Source: Octopus bimaculoides (Eukaryota). Taken from it: 63,440 nt of DNA. A program made the translations under genes and the position numbers. The stretch spans positions 19,728,257-19,791,696 of the forward strand of contig NC_069005.1 in the NCBI RefSeq assembly GCF_001194135.2. The letters run 5' to 3'. Below are positions 36,692-50,423 of this stretch, piece after piece. Position 1 is the stretch's first letter; each line of letters starts with the position of its first letter. Below the pieces are notes generated by a model. That model was not told the DNA's origin and searched no databases. It saw only the letters and a program-made list of their open reading frames with translations.

Positions 36692-37419
36692 NNNNNNNNN
36701 NNNNNNNNNNNNNNNNNNNNNNNNNNNNNNNNNNNNNNNNNNNNNNNNNNNNNNNNNNNNNNNNNNNNNNNNNNNNNNNNNNNNNNNNNNNNNNNNNNNN
36801 NNNNNNNNNNNNNNNNNNNNNNNNNNNNNNNNNNNNNNNNNNNNNNNNNNNNNNNNNNNNNNNNNNNNNNNNNNNNNNNNNNNNNNNNNNNNNNNNNNNN
36901 NNNNNNNNNNNNNNNNNNNNNNNNNNNNNNNNNNNNNNNNNNNNNNNNNNNNNNNNNNNNNNNNNNNNNNNNNNNNNNNNNNNNNNNNNNNNNNNNNNNN
37001 NNNNNNNNNNNNNNNNNNNNNNNNNNNNNNNNNNNNNNNNNNNNNNNNNNNNNNNNNNNNNNNNNNNNNNNNNNNNNNNNNNNNNNNNNNNNNNNNNNNN
37101 NNNNNNNNNNNNNNNNNNNNNNNNNNNNNNNNNNNNNNNNNNNNNNNNNNNNNNNNNNNNNNNNNNNNNNNNNNNNNNNNNNNNNNNNNNNNNNNNNNNN
37201 NNNNNNNNNNNNNNNNNNNNNNNNNNNNNNGATGCCCACGAGGTTACATGATATAAATGTATCATTATTAAGAATCAACTGAATTATATATACATATAAT
37301 CTCCTTGGTATAAAACCAGCTTGATAAGTGCCATGGTTTGAAACTCCCAGCCCTTGGGTTGCATTTCTGCTAATTAATGTGTGCGTGTGTGTGTGTGCAT
37401 ATGTATGTATGTGTTTATT

Positions 37420-37469
<50 letters not shown>

Positions 37470-37635
37470 CTGAGTGGAAATTCTGCCAAGGTTGACTTTG
37501 CCTTTCATCCTTTCGGGGTTGATAAAATAAATACCAGTTGAATACTGGGGTTGATGTAACTGACCATCCCTCTCCCCTAAAATTGCATACTGACATTACA
37601 CATCCAGTGGAGCATACTAGCTTCATTTCTTTCAA

Positions 37636-37960
37636 ACCTATGCATGTCCTCAGTAGTCATGGCCCATGTTTCACTGCCATGTGTAGCATGGTTATTTGCA
37701 CACATACATCATAGACTGCCTTTCACTTTGAGCGAGAGGCCCTTTGTTACCATCAGAGGTAGGAACTCTCTGAACTGTGCCTAGGCTGTTCCTATTCAAG
37801 CAGCTATGTTCTCAGAGCATCCACCCCTGGTACTGACTTGGTCACCTCAGTAATGGAAGCTGTCAACTACTAGTTTTTTCCCCTGGCATGTGGTGGAATC
37901 TGTTTTCTGTACATTTTCGGTGTTTATTGCCCCTGTGCATCTGTCACACTCAGAAACTAT
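37636..37960 (-). mobile_element. RTE-clade LINE fragment (RT C-terminal part)
   Basis: CDRCTG...LVVDSFHY*GDQVSTRGGCSENIAA*I...FREFLPLMVTKGLSLKVKG...HGSETWAMTTEDMHR. Confidence 0.85.
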
Positions 37961-38581
37961 CTTCCCAATTAACATGAGAGAGGGAGGGAGGGTGAGAAAA
38001 GAAGTCATTAAGTATGTAAATGAGTTAGTGAGAACATTGAAGGAGTGTGAGTGGATGTAAAAGAGAATAACTGAAAGAAGACGTAAGGAAATTGAGCAAG
38101 GCTGGACACAAAAAATATGGAGACACAAATAAACTGTGAATGGGTTCTACACCAGTTCTTGAAAAATCAAGAATGTTGGGGGATTTAGGGAAGTGAAATC
38201 GGCAACTTATTGCTTAGTTACCCACAAATATCAAGCTTATATTTGGTAAATGTGCACACACACATGTGCGTGTGCACACATACACACACCCAGAATTTCT
38301 AGAGAGAACAACATTGACAATTAGTTTTATGTCTTGTGGTAGGCATCAGTCTTCAGGATTACTAATTAACCCTGGGCCAGCTCTTATCCAACAGACATAT
38401 ATGACCTAAGATTTTTCAGCAAAGACCATCATGCCTTGTTTTTGCAGCTAGATACACAAGTCCATATTATACAATGTGGTTGTCTATCCTTCCTGTTTGA
38501 ACAGCAGCAAAATGTGATATAAGTTAAATTTAGCTGCTGCTTCTAGCATATTGAAAGCCCATGTAGAGAATTTAAGCATAG

Positions 38582-38612
<31 letters not shown>

Positions 38613-39658
38613 NNNNNNNNNNNNNNNNNNNNNNNNNNNNNNNNNNNNNNNNNNNNNNNNNNNNNNNNNNNNNNNNNNNNNNNNNNNNNNNNNNNNNNNN
38701 NNNNNNNNNNNNNNNNNNNNNNNNNNNNNNNNNNNNNNNNNNNNNNNNNNNNNNNNNNNNNNNNNNNNNNNNNNNNNNNNNNNNNNNNNNNNNNNNNNNN
38801 NNNNNNNNNNNNNNNNNNNNNNNNNNNNNNNNNNNNNNNNNNNNNNNNNNNNNNNNNNNNNNNNNNNNNNNNNNNNNNNNNNNNNNNNNNNNNNNNNNNN
38901 NNNNNNNNNNNNNNNNNNNNNNNNNNNNNNNNNNNNNNNNNNNNNNNNNNNNNNNNNNNNNNNNNNNNNNNNNNNNNNNNNNNNNNNNNNNNNNNNNNNN
39001 NNNNNNNNNNNNNNNNNNNNNNNNNNNNNNNNNNNNNNNNNNNNNNNNNNNNNNNNNNNNNNNNNNNNNNNNNNNNNNNNNNNNNNNNNNNNNNNNNNNN
39101 NNNNNNNNNNNNNNNNNNNNNNNNNNNNNNNNNNNNNNNNNNNNNNNNNNNNNNNNNNNNNNNNNNNNNNNNNNNNNNNNNNNNNNNNNNNNNNNNNNNN
39201 NNNNNNNNNNNNNNNNNNNNNNNNNNNNNNNNNNNNNNNNNNNNNNNNNNNNNNNNNNNNNNNNNNNNNNGACAACCTTCTACACGTTTTTGTCTACCAG
39301 ATTCATTCACAAGACATTGGTTATCCAAGGCTGTAACAGAAGAGACTCACTCTTTGAGACTGAACCCAAAAGCGCATTGGTGCAAAAGCCGTGCCAGCAA
39401 CGTTTTGTATAAAAATGAAGAAAAAAGATTTTAAAATAAATGTTCAATCCTTCTTTCCAAATTGAAACTTATTCCCATCGAATGGTGGTGGTGAATGAAA
39501 AGGGAATCTGGAATAGTTTAGGGTGAATGCTGAGAAGGAAGATGATGGGGGAAATAGTCTAGACAAGTAACATTCCATTCCAGCAGATAAATCTCAAAAA
39601 AACCAGATGGTTTCATTTATAAATTTAAAATATAAAAAATTATGTATATAGTCATATA

Positions 39659-39731
39659 AGAGTTATCTCCCCTAGATCGAGTTCGCATTTCATGTCGAGG
39701 CAAATTAAAGAATACAAGTTATCTCCCTTAC
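39659..39731 (-). promoter_or_regulatory. Two AGGGAGATAACT motifs just downstream of a candidate 5' splice site
   Basis: Minus strand cag|gtatac-gtaagggagataact (39740-39716) and aggggagataactct (39673-39659), at the left edge of a CpG-rich domain. Function inferred. Confidence 0.4.
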
Positions 39732-40155
39732 GTATACCTGGTGTAGCGATTTCATCTCACCCCCTTATAACTTAATTCCCTGTTGATTGAAATGGTGTTT
39801 AGATAATCAGGTTGTAAGATATAGATTTCAGATTTCTCTTCGATGGTAAACTGGATAGTATTGCTACGATTGCATACTAATCCTTCAAAACATTTTATAG
39901 TGTTGCTAATAGTAGTAGTGGTTGTTGTAGTAATAGTAGTAATATTGGAGGTGATAGCAATAGTGGTAGTAGTAGTAGTAATAGTGACGGTTGTGGTTGT
40001 GAGAGTAGTAGTAGGCTAATTCTCGAGGATGATATGAAATCGAGTTCAGATTATCTAAAGGTAGCTTGAAACGGTGGATAGCACGAAGTCTTTTACACTG
40101 ACCGCTGTGGTCTGCAGCCTAGTTCTTTAACCTCACTGCTACTGTGACTCATAAA

Positions 40156-40425
40156 GTTCGTTCATCGTTGTCGACGATGACCAAAGACATCACATGTAAT
40201 ATGAAAAAGGGGTACAGTGCGTCCGGCTGTTGCTGATCCAATCAATGCATGTTTGGAAGGTTCTGCTGGAGGTTGGGCATTGGTGGTCTGCTGGGAATGA
40301 AGAGAAAGAGTTGATTCTGGACTTGCACAGCTCACGTTTTCTTTGTACTCCTGCGATCCTATTCTGTTAGTGCAGCTACGCCAGGCAGGGCTATCCTTTC
40401 TTGCATAATTCCTCTCTAGCGGGCA
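40156..40425 (-). mobile_element. 3' end of an RTE-clade LINE
   Basis: KDSPAWRS then, after a frameshift, HQCPTSSRTFQTCIDWISNSRTH (cf. CPTCGRxFRARIGLISHxRTH), followed by the RTE-type 3' UTR ggtcatcgtcgacaacgatgaacgaac. Confidence 0.8.
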
Positions 40426-41749
40426 ATATAGTTGCTTGTGTCTCTGTATGTCTATGTGCGCGCACGTGTGAACAAGGTAGTGACGTCTCAAAGTGACATC
40501 TATTGTATGTTTGGAAACCTGACTCCCCCCCACAAAACCCCTGATTGAGCAGACTATTTAATCAAAGGTATTTAGAATCATCTTGATCAAAAATTGTGGT
40601 TACTGCTAACCCCGTGACAGGAAAGGAGCGTGCATAAAAATAGAGCTGAGGGAGATTTAGCTACTGTTTCTAACAGAATGATCTTCCTTGTAGAAATTCT
40701 TTCGTTGGTTATTTAATGTTCCAGTTAATTTTAATTCTTTTCAGTGTTATCTGCATTAACACGGAAAATATTTTTATCGTAGCGTTTTATTTATTTACTC
40801 ATTTTCTTTTTTTGTAGCTTTATTCTTCCTCTACAACTTTTTGTTTTTATTGTTTTGGCAATTTGAATAAGTCATCTTTTTCAGAAATATCATGGAGTGC
40901 CAAGGAATCCCCCCCCCCCGAATTTTATCTAAGACCGCCGTGTATATATCTGTTCGTGTGTGTGTCTTTGTGTCTCCCTCCCCAACACCGCTTGACAACT
41001 GGTATTGGTGTGTTTACGTCCCCATCTCGCAGTTTAGCAAAGGATGCCAATAGAATAAGTACTAATTTCAAAATAAGTACTGGGGTCAATTCGCTCGACT
41101 AAAATTCTTCATGGCCGCAGTGTAATGACTGAAACAAGTAGAAAAAATTATATATATATATATATATATAGTTACGTTGTATTCTGTTAGGAACATAGTA
41201 GAGTACAGTATAAAGCCTACATTCAGATTAAACCCTGTGCTATCCAGTAGTAATATTATATAGACATATAACCAAATACCTGTAAGCATGGAGAAGTACG
41301 TTGCATAGAAACAATTGTAGCGTTTGTAAATAAATGTCCAACCGTACTCATTGTTGACTCCAACTTTTTCAATTATATATTTATATATATGAGAGAAAGA
41401 GAGGCGATTGAAAGTCAAAGTTTCAAATATTCTTGAAAAGGGTCGCTGTTGAATATCCTAGAGCGGAGTTTCAGGTGATCGAGTTGTTTCCCCTACACTT
41501 ACCATCGCAATCTACGTAGCTGTTCGTAAGTAAAGCAATATAGAATATTTAAAGAGCTAATTGTCACCCACAAGCAGGTGTGTGACTTCCAAGCTTTTGC
41601 TGTCATTCGCGTCTGCCTTGTGTCACACTTTTGTTTTTCTTACTGATTGAAATGATGATGGATATTTATGCCCTTCTTCACACTGGCTGCTTGGTAAATA
41701 AATACAAATCAAATTACCTAGACTCACTTTATTGTTATTATTATTATTA

Positions 41750-41784
<35 letters not shown>

Positions 41785-43730
41785 GAATTAATTGGAGATG
41801 TGCAGACATGCGCCATCCCAAGCAGATCGATCCATGACCACTTCCACCTCATGCGATACATCATAGACAGTGTGGGTAAAGAAGCTAGCATGAGTGAGGC
41901 CCTGATAAATCTGGATCAAGCAAAAGCTTTCAATGGGGTCGACCACCAAAACTTAGCAGTTATTCTCTTGGAGACACCTTAGGTCCCGTTTTTTGCTCTG
42001 AACAGCAACATCTGCTGGGTGGTTCGGGTTAGTGGTTACTTGTCAAAACCATTCATCCTCATGTGCCCGGTCTGTCAATTGTGTCCCCTCTTGTCCCTTC
42101 TATATGTACTGGCTCTAAAGCCACTACTGAGGAAATTGATGTTGAAAGATATCCCACGTGAACTAGGATGTGGGAGAACCGTGTCAGCATATGTGGATGA
42201 CGTCACCATCATAGAGTCGAATGCCAAGCACATAGACTTGATTAGCACTAGTCTAAAAGAATATGGGATGGTGACAGGAGTAAAAATTAACCAAGAAAAG
42301 CCAGTGGACCTGCGGCTCAGCACCTGGAAAGGCAAGTCCATACTATCAAACAACGTTGTAGGATGCTTGACGGAGGGATTGATTAAATTGCTCATGGTCT
42401 GATTTCGTCCGGATCTCCAGGTGAAAAACTGGGATGAAGTGATGTCAAGATGGCCAGTTTCACCCAAAATTGGGCTGAGAGAAAGCTCTTCTCTGAAAGA
42501 TGCAGAGGTGACGAATGCATACATCGCATCTGTCATATATTACCGCCTAATCATTGTGCCTTGCCTCAGATTACATATCAAACCGGAGCGCATACTCTTC
42601 CACTTCCCGTGGAGAAGACGCAATCCACTGGTCAGACTCTCTATTTTGTTGTCAACACTCGCTGAATGGAGAACTGGGCATGCCATGGCTGCTGATGCGT
42701 AGACATGCACTGAGACTGTGACATTTCTAGCATTTTCTTGACATTGAGCAAGTATGGTTGCTGTTATTTGAGTGAGTTGCAGTCCTGCATCAAGCATAGA
42801 CCGAGGCAGAGTGCTTGGCACCTAAAGTGTTGTTAGGCGTTCACAGTCCTCTGTGGTCAGTGGAAGTTCCACTTTGGTATTCTATAAAGGGTTAGTGGCA
42901 GGTAAATGCGACGACGTTCACAGAGAGACTCAGGATATAGGCAAGAATCAATTGGCTAGTCTGTTCCGAGGGAGTTTCGGGCTGGACCTATGGATAATTT
43001 CCAGAAATCCCTGGCCTGGCAGTGCTGCCAGGGAGCATTGCCGGTTCGGGATAAACTCTACAAGCGTGGAAGTACCGTCAGCCGGTTTGCCTGAAATGGG
43101 CGCAGCGTGAAGAAACTGTTCTGCATGCTCTCATCTGGTGCGGAAGCACTGCTGACTTGTGGGTTTACGTTGAGCACCTGCTGTCACATGTACGATGGAT
43201 CTGACTATCGGCTGAGTCAATTGTGAAGATCCTCCCACCACTTTCCTTTGGTTGGAAAGGGCAGGCGGTTGTCTAGTGATCTTAGCGAAAGGGGTTGTGT
43301 GGTGGATCAGATTGTAAGGGCTGAAGACAAATACTCTCCTCATTGGCCAAGCTCACATCAATTTTGTAAAGTTTCACTTGAAACGGAAAGTGAAAGTAGA
43401 GAAGGAAGTTCTGCCTTCCAGCAATTTTATTGAAAGAAATTTTATTGCAGAAAGAATGGCTTAAGTGAACAGGCCTTCTCTAAACATTCGCCTATAGATT
43501 GAAAGATAATGGTGTAGAGAGGGCACTTGCCTGGTGATCACAATGACTATGATTTTGTGGGGTTTCCACGAGCATCCCTAGCAAGTCTTCCTCTTTGGGG
43601 TTTTTTTTTCATTATTAGAATTTATACTGTTATCATTTTTATTGTTTACGCGTTTCTATTTATGTAACTTCACATTGTATTGTCCTGCACCGTCCCCAAT
43701 GTTTTTTGTGAACACAGTAGTAAATAAATT
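41785..43730 (+). mobile_element. 5'-truncated Tx1/L1-type LINE (RT, C-terminal CCHC, 3' UTR)
   Basis: QTCAIPSRSIH, LINLDQAKAFNGVDH, CPLLSLLYVLALKPLLRKL, SAYVDDVT and C...EETVLHALIWC...W (~43087-43175); many frameshifts; aataaa at ~43722, then (TAC)n. Confidence 0.9.
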
Positions 43731-43953
43731 ACTACTACTACTACTACTACTACTGCTACTACATGCTGATTTAATTAGCAGAGATGTTATCTTTAGGTTT
43801 GGTTAGTACAAGTCTCCTCAAGTCTTGAGAATCTTTCTTAGGATTCTTGTAGAATACAAGATTGTACTTTTCTCCAAGTTGACAATTCCAATCTTAATTC
43901 CAATATCTTTCTATCTCTATAAGCAAAAGATTGTCCACTGTATTACACACTGG

Positions 43954-43993
<40 letters not shown>

Positions 43994-44020
43994 ATATATA
44001 TTTATATTTACACACACATA

Positions 44021-44399
44021 CAGGGTGTTCGGGTTAATTTTGATGATTTCTCATGCTTACTTTTTATTTCGGGAAAAGCTTAATGTATTAGTGAACAGGC
44101 AATGGTGTTGAAGTGGATGAAGACTAAATTTGTAGTTGAGAAAAGTCAGCTGAGATGCCAGATTGGAAGCTATTTGAATATTGGAAAAGTGTTACCTGTA
44201 TATCAAAATGCCGACATGATACAGGCAAGTCTTTTCCAATATTCAGATGGCTTTCAGTCTTCCATGTCTGCGAATTTTTTCTCAACAACCACACGAATCT
44301 TTATGCTCTCCAACGACATTAACTGTTCACCAATCCCTGAAGTTGTTCCTGAAAAAACGGAGACAAAAACTCATCAAATTTATCCCAAACACCCTCTGT
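44021..44399. mobile_element. Tc1/mariner-type MITE
   Basis: TA-cagggtgttcgggttaattttgatga vs reverse complement cagagggtgtttgggataaatttgatga (44371-44398). Confidence 0.75.
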
Positions 44400-44748
44400 C
44401 TGTTTATTTGTTTGCGTGTGCGCGCACTAAGCGATTTAGAAAACCAAGGTAACGTAGCTGAGGAAAGATTCAATATAAATCAAAACGAAGATTAAAACTT
44501 TACCTAATGTGTGTGTGTGTGTGAGGCTTCACTCTCAAAGTCTCTAAGCTAATGAATCCCATATGTTACGCATTCCCGTTGAGATCATAACACGTTTACA
44601 TCTATTTACATGTATCGGATTTAATATCATATAATTTAGTTAGTCGGCCTGTAGGCACCCCGTAGTTCCGCCTCATTCTTTAGCACGTCTAAATTATATT
44701 AATGATAAATACGCATGCACCTTATTTTGTTGGCTTTTAATTTTTAAT

Positions 44749-44765
44749 GTAAGGGAAATAACTCT
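44749..44765 (+). promoter_or_regulatory. GTAAGGGAAATAACTCT motif
   Basis: Same motif as 39659-39731 in the opposite orientation, near the right edge of the CpG-rich domain; begins with a donor-like GTAAGG. Confidence 0.35.
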
Positions 44766-46134
44766 GTATTTACTTGACTTCAATCTTCAAAGTGTATGTA
44801 TGTGTGCGCTGGGTGGAAAAGGACGTGTTGTTCGTGTGCCGTTGTAAACCCTTTCTCATATTATTACGTGTATATTCTTTACAGTTACATATATACGTTT
44901 TTAGTTACCCTACATTGCTGAATCACCCATATTATCTAATATAGAACATTCAAAATGTGAAAAGACCCTGAAAATCGTATATATATATTTTTTTATACAT
45001 CATCAGCCTGATTATTTTAATATTCACTTTTCTCCACATTGCATGGATCGGACGAAATTTACTAAGGCAGATTTTCTATGGCCCTTCCTGTCGCAAACAC
45101 TTATTAGTTTCCAAGTAAGATAATATTTCCCCATGGCCAGAGATATTATTGAGAAATATTGGAAACTAGTAGACATACCTGGCATTGCTTGGGATTTAAT
45201 TGGCATAGTTTGTATATTATGGTACAGTTAAGTTGAAATGCGATACAGAGAAGTGCAGCATTGACGACAATTTGGCTCCCAAACGAAAACAATTATGCAT
45301 GCAGCGTCCAGGCACGCAAGGTCACATTAAGAACATGGTCTCTAACTAACATGGTTGGGTCTTAGACACCATAAATTAGTAGGTTAATGTATATGTGATA
45401 TTTCAGTTTGTAATCAATAGCTGAGGAATATTTGTATCAGCTTCGTCTATGCTTAGAAGGAAGACTTTGATACTGAAGCCAAAAGAAAATAGTTGAATAG
45501 TTGCTCAGGATTTCACAGCAGATTTTTCATGATAAACATAGTGCGTGCCAAACGGTTTTTATTCCAGCAAATTGCTACCTATGGTGCTACAGGAACATGC
45601 TCTTATTGTTACCACTTAGACAATGCAGTTGGAAGTCTGCATCAGTTCATCCATTTAATACAATCTATTCATACAATTTCAGTAGCTGTTTTTTCCAGTT
45701 TGGATAGAAGTAATGCGGGCAGTCGTACATACCCCAGGAAAGGGAGTTTTCTGCCCCCTCCCCCAAGAGGCCCCCATTACTCATTATGTGAAAAATTTTA
45801 AGAGTCTAAAACTATCTCTGTATGTTCCCAGTTTGGAGAAAATCAGTTACGAACTTCAGAAGTTCTGCAAGTTTACACATACACACACATCTTCAGTTTT
45901 ATTTATATATAGATGAACGACATTGTTTGGATGAGAGTGACACTCATTTACAACATTCATGTGATGTCCAGATAAGGAGACACAAATATACATACATGCA
46001 CACTGCATTATTTTTCTCTCTCTTTTACTCTTTTTTACTCTCTATCTCTCCCCTCTTTCTCTCTCTCTACCATTTCTTCAAAGATGACTATCTACGTACA
46101 CGCAGTCTTGCATACATGTGTGCTTGCATGTGCG

Positions 46135-46165
<31 letters not shown>

Positions 46166-47544
46166 NNNNNNNNNNNNNNNNNNNNNNNNNNNNNNNNNNN
46201 NNNNNNNNNNNNNNNNNNNNNNNNNNNNNNNNNNNNNNNNNNNNNNNNNNNNNNNNNNNNNNNNNNNNNNNNNNNNNNNNNNNNNNNNNNNNNNNNNNNN
46301 NNNNNNNNNNNNNNNNNNNNNNNNNNNNNNNNNNNNNNNNNNNNNNNNNNNNNNNNNNNNNNNNNNNNNNNNNNNNNNNNNNNNNNNNNNNNNNNNNNNN
46401 NNNNNNNNNNNNNNNNNNNNNNNNNNNNNNNNNNNNNNNNNNNNNNNNNNNNNNNNNNNNNNNNNNNNNNNNNNNNNNNNNNNNNNNNNNNNNNNNNNNN
46501 NNNNNNNNNNNNNNNNNNNNNNNNNNNNNNNNNNNNNNNNNNNNNNNNNNNNNNNNNNNNNNNNNNNNNNNNNNNNNNNNNNNNNNNNNNNNNNNNNNNN
46601 NNNNNNNNNNNNNNNNNNNNNNNNNNNNNNNNNNNNNNNNNNNNNNNNNNNNNNNNNNNNNNNNNNNNNNNNNNNNNNNNNNNNNNNNNNNNNNNNNNNN
46701 NNNNNNNNNNNNNNNNNNNNNNNNNNNNNNNNNNNNNNNNNNNNNNNNNNNNNNNNNNNNNNNNNNNNNNNNNNNNNNNNNNNNNNNNNNNNNNNNNNNN
46801 NNNNNNNNNNNNNNNNNNNNNNNNNNNNNNNNNNNNNNNNNNNNNNNNNNNNNNNNNNNNNNNNNNNNNNNNNNNNNNNNNNNNNNNNNNNNNNNNNNNN
46901 NNNNNNNNNNNNNNNNNNNNNNNNNNNNNNNNNNNNNNNNNNNNNNNNNNNNNNNNNNNNNNNNNNNNNNNNNNNNNNNNNNNNNNNNNNNNNNNNNNNN
47001 NNNNNNNNNNNNNNNNNNNNNNNNNNNNNNNNNNNNNNNNNNNNNNNNNNNNNNNNNNNNNNNNNNNNNNNNNNNNNNNNNNNNNNNNNNNNNNNNNNNN
47101 NNNNNNGAACAAAATGCTTTAGTGACATTTCTTCTGATTTCAAATGTTCTGAGTTCAAATTCTGATGAGGTCCACTTTGCCTTGCATCTCTTTAGGGTCA
47201 ATAGAATAGCTAGTAGTCAGCACTGGAGTTGACATAATTGACTTCCCCATCCCCATAAAATTGCAGACATTGTGCCAAAATTAGAAAGAATAAATCACTG
47301 GTAGAAATTTTATCAATTTCCAGAAGTTGATAGTCAAAGTTGACTAAAGTAAGATTTGAACTCATAAACCTGTTTTATGGATTAGAATCTGTAAAGTAGC
47401 ACTACTGTAACTGAATATATATATATATATATATATATATACACTTCAGTTATATATAACTGTAGATGAATGCAAAATTGTTTATTTGAAAGCCTTAGCT
47501 GTGGAAATTACATATGATGTACAGACATCCTATTGTTTTCTTAA

Positions 47545-47809
47545 CCCTTTTACTACAGAAATTAGAGACATTCACTCAAAATTTCATTATCCTTAACTGT
47601 GGAAAGCAATTTTATAACCAACCTATCTCATACATGTACCCATACATAAATATAAGTACAAACAAATACATCACACACACGTACTTGCACATAAAAATAA
47701 TCTTGTCTGGACCCTCCCCTCTTTGGAACTGTCCCCTTTACAATGATTTTTCCAGAAAAAACAATTGCCCCACAATAAGCCAGATATGGTTGGTTTACAT
47801 GCTAAAGGG
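47545..47809. mobile_element. TTAA-flanked MITE-like element
   Basis: ttaa-ccctttt...ctaaaggg-ttaa (TTAA at 47541-47544 and 47810-47813). Confidence 0.6.
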
Positions 47810-48901
47810 TTAATATTGATGGTTTAGAATGTAAAATGGTAACAGCTGAAAAAGTCTGTTTGGAGATATGTACAAACATATTTCATAACTGTGTGGATAG
47901 AGTCCTTCAAAGTTAGGGAGTCTTTATCAAGGACATAGAACAGTAAGAAACTTATTGTGTTGGCCCCTTCTTTTTGTTCCCCTTTTCCAAGGTGCTGGCT
48001 GTTAAAACTGTAAAAACTCTGCCAATGTATGCCTCTTGACTTACTTATTAAAGGGTCCTCTATATATGCAGGACCACCCTAAAACAGAAAAAACAGATCA
48101 GGTTTACTTTTCTGGAATCTGCTGTTCATTTCATTACTGAATTGGCATTGTTCCAACTCATAAATATACTGATGTACATACACATATACAAATACATGCA
48201 CCCCACCTCTCTCTCATACTTGCATAGACAGACATATACACACATTTTGACATACATTCATACATAAAACTGAGCATCTCTTGTTCATACACAGATGCCA
48301 GGTGCACTAATCCACAAACAGGCACATGCATCCACACACACACACATAACTTCATAAACAAACACGCATATCACCAAACCATGTACATCCACACATCCAG
48401 GCATAAAGATGCAAACACCTACAGACTCATGGACACACCCACACATAAACGTGAACACATTTCCAGACAGAGAAACATATCACAAACAAACACACATATC
48501 CAGATACACAAATACATTCACACAGATGCACAGACATCACAAAACCACATACAGCTATACATATATGCACACATTCACATGTAGACTCCTCCAACCACAT
48601 ATTGATGATGTATACTTCCTTACTAAGAAACACACATACACGGATACAAGCATCTGCACACTGATGCGCACACCCAGACAAAAACATGTGCACATCTCAA
48701 CACAGAGTACAGACATACATGCATCCATATTGCATTTCTTCTTTCATCTGAAGAGTCTTCTTAACCCTTATCAAATATGACTAGATTGGTTGTTCCCCTG
48801 TTTCTCTGCTCAAAAAGTGTCTTCTATAGTCTCAGGCTGACCAAAACCTTGTGAGTGGATTTGCTGGTCATATATATATGTGTGTGTGTGCGCGTGTGTG
48901 C

Positions 48902-48937
<36 letters not shown>

Positions 48938-49151
48938 GTCACCTCCACCATCACTTGACAACTGGTGTTGATATGTTTATGTACTTGTAACTTGGCAGTT
49001 CAGCAAAAAGACTGATAGAATAAGTACCAGACTTAAAAAACAATAAGTACTGGAGTCGATTCATTCGACTGAAAGAAATTCTCCAAGCTGGTACCCCAGC
49101 ATGGTTGCAGTCTAATGACTGAAACAAGTAAAAGATAAAAGATAAATGATT

Positions 49152-49560
49152 GAAAGAGTACAGCTGCAAATATAATGCAACTGAAATGGGGTTCCTCAGG
49201 AAGATGTCTGGAGTAAAAGTACTTGGCAGGGTGCGTAGCTTAGAGATCAGGAAGTCTCTCTAGGCAGAATCACTTCTTCTCAGTATTGAGAATCACAACT
49301 CTGGTATTAAGGACATGTGATCAGAATATTGCAGGAAAGAATTGCAAGATGGATTTTTCAAACTGGGCCAACCAGCAGGAGACCTAAGGGTAGACGAAGA
49401 ATGAGATGATTGCATGATATCCAGAGACTCAGTTGGTCACATTTGGGCATCCAGTCAGAAAGTATTATGAGGTTTGCTTGTGATAGGATCCTGTGGAGGA
49501 GGTGCCTGAGGACTCCATCCCCAAGTCTCTCCCAAGAATAGTGGGCAAAGAAAATGGATA
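49152..49560 (+). mobile_element. 3' part of an RTE-clade (Rex3/Expander-like) LINE
   Basis: ATEMGFLRKMSGV...RVRSLEIR...GHVIR...RRPKGRRRMR*...DRILWRR, ending aagaaaatggat. Confidence 0.85.
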
Positions 49561-50367
49561 TATATTTTCAAAGAATTCTAAATAGTAGCTCTTTTATTTA
49601 TTTTTTTTTTGAATCTCATAAAAAAGAATAGTTAGTCTTCTTCAATGTAGACTCCTTTCTCCCTTAAAATAGGAACATTGGACTTGTGAAGGAGCTTCTC
49701 AATTGTCACTTGATGTACTCAAATGTAGCAGCCAGGTTTCTCCTCTACAAAACTCTCTACTGTCATTAGCCCTTATAAGATGACTTGAGCTGGTTTGCCA
49801 TCGATCTATTTTTCTGCTAGCAAGAAGGACCGAGTCCTTCAAGAAGAAAACTGAGACTTTACTTCATCAATTGAGATTTTAGTCTCAATATTTAAAATGG
49901 AATTTTAAAAGCTAACAGACTTTTTTTTTTATATCTCATGAAAATATTCCTGCCATGTTCCTCAGTGTAGCATTGCAAATGTAGCAATCATGTTGAAAGA
50001 ATTTCTCATGGAGGCATGTGGCTTTGTGGTTAGTGCCTTTGACTCACAACTGTAAGAGTGTGCAAGAATACACCACAGTGACCAATCCAAGAACTGAATC
50101 TACAAAGTACTTTATTTCACAAAGCTTTAAAAAAAAAGAAAAGAAAGAAAAATAAGAACATGAACAGGTGTGACTGCTTGGTTAATGAGAAGCTCACTTT
50201 GCAACCTTGTGGTCTTGAATTCTGTTCCTCTGTGCATTATCTTGAGTTGATATGTTCTACACTAGTCCCATGCCAACCGATGCCTTGTGAGTGGGATTGG
50301 TAGACAGAAACTATGTGGAAGCCTGTTGTATGTATGTATGTGTGTGTGTGTGTATAATGTGTATGTA

Positions 50368-50423
<56 letters not shown>

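Noticed and set aside
40162-40533. 123-aa ORF as a novel gene
   Set aside because: It overlaps the 3' end of an RTE LINE; the zinc-finger-like motif is in another frame.
45240-45800. Possible decayed hAT transposase C-terminus (AKRFL/IPA/YLC-like bits)
   Set aside because: The motifs are scattered across frames and too weak; no termini found.
48045-48078. Minus-strand 34-nt exon candidate GGPAYIEDPLI (ttttag| ... |gtaagt); likewise 57016-57057 on minus and 28536-28612 on plus
   Set aside because: The splice sites are good but conflict with the divergent-gene model. Such pairs arise by chance on both strands, so they are set aside, not excluded, until stranded RNA-seq is checked.
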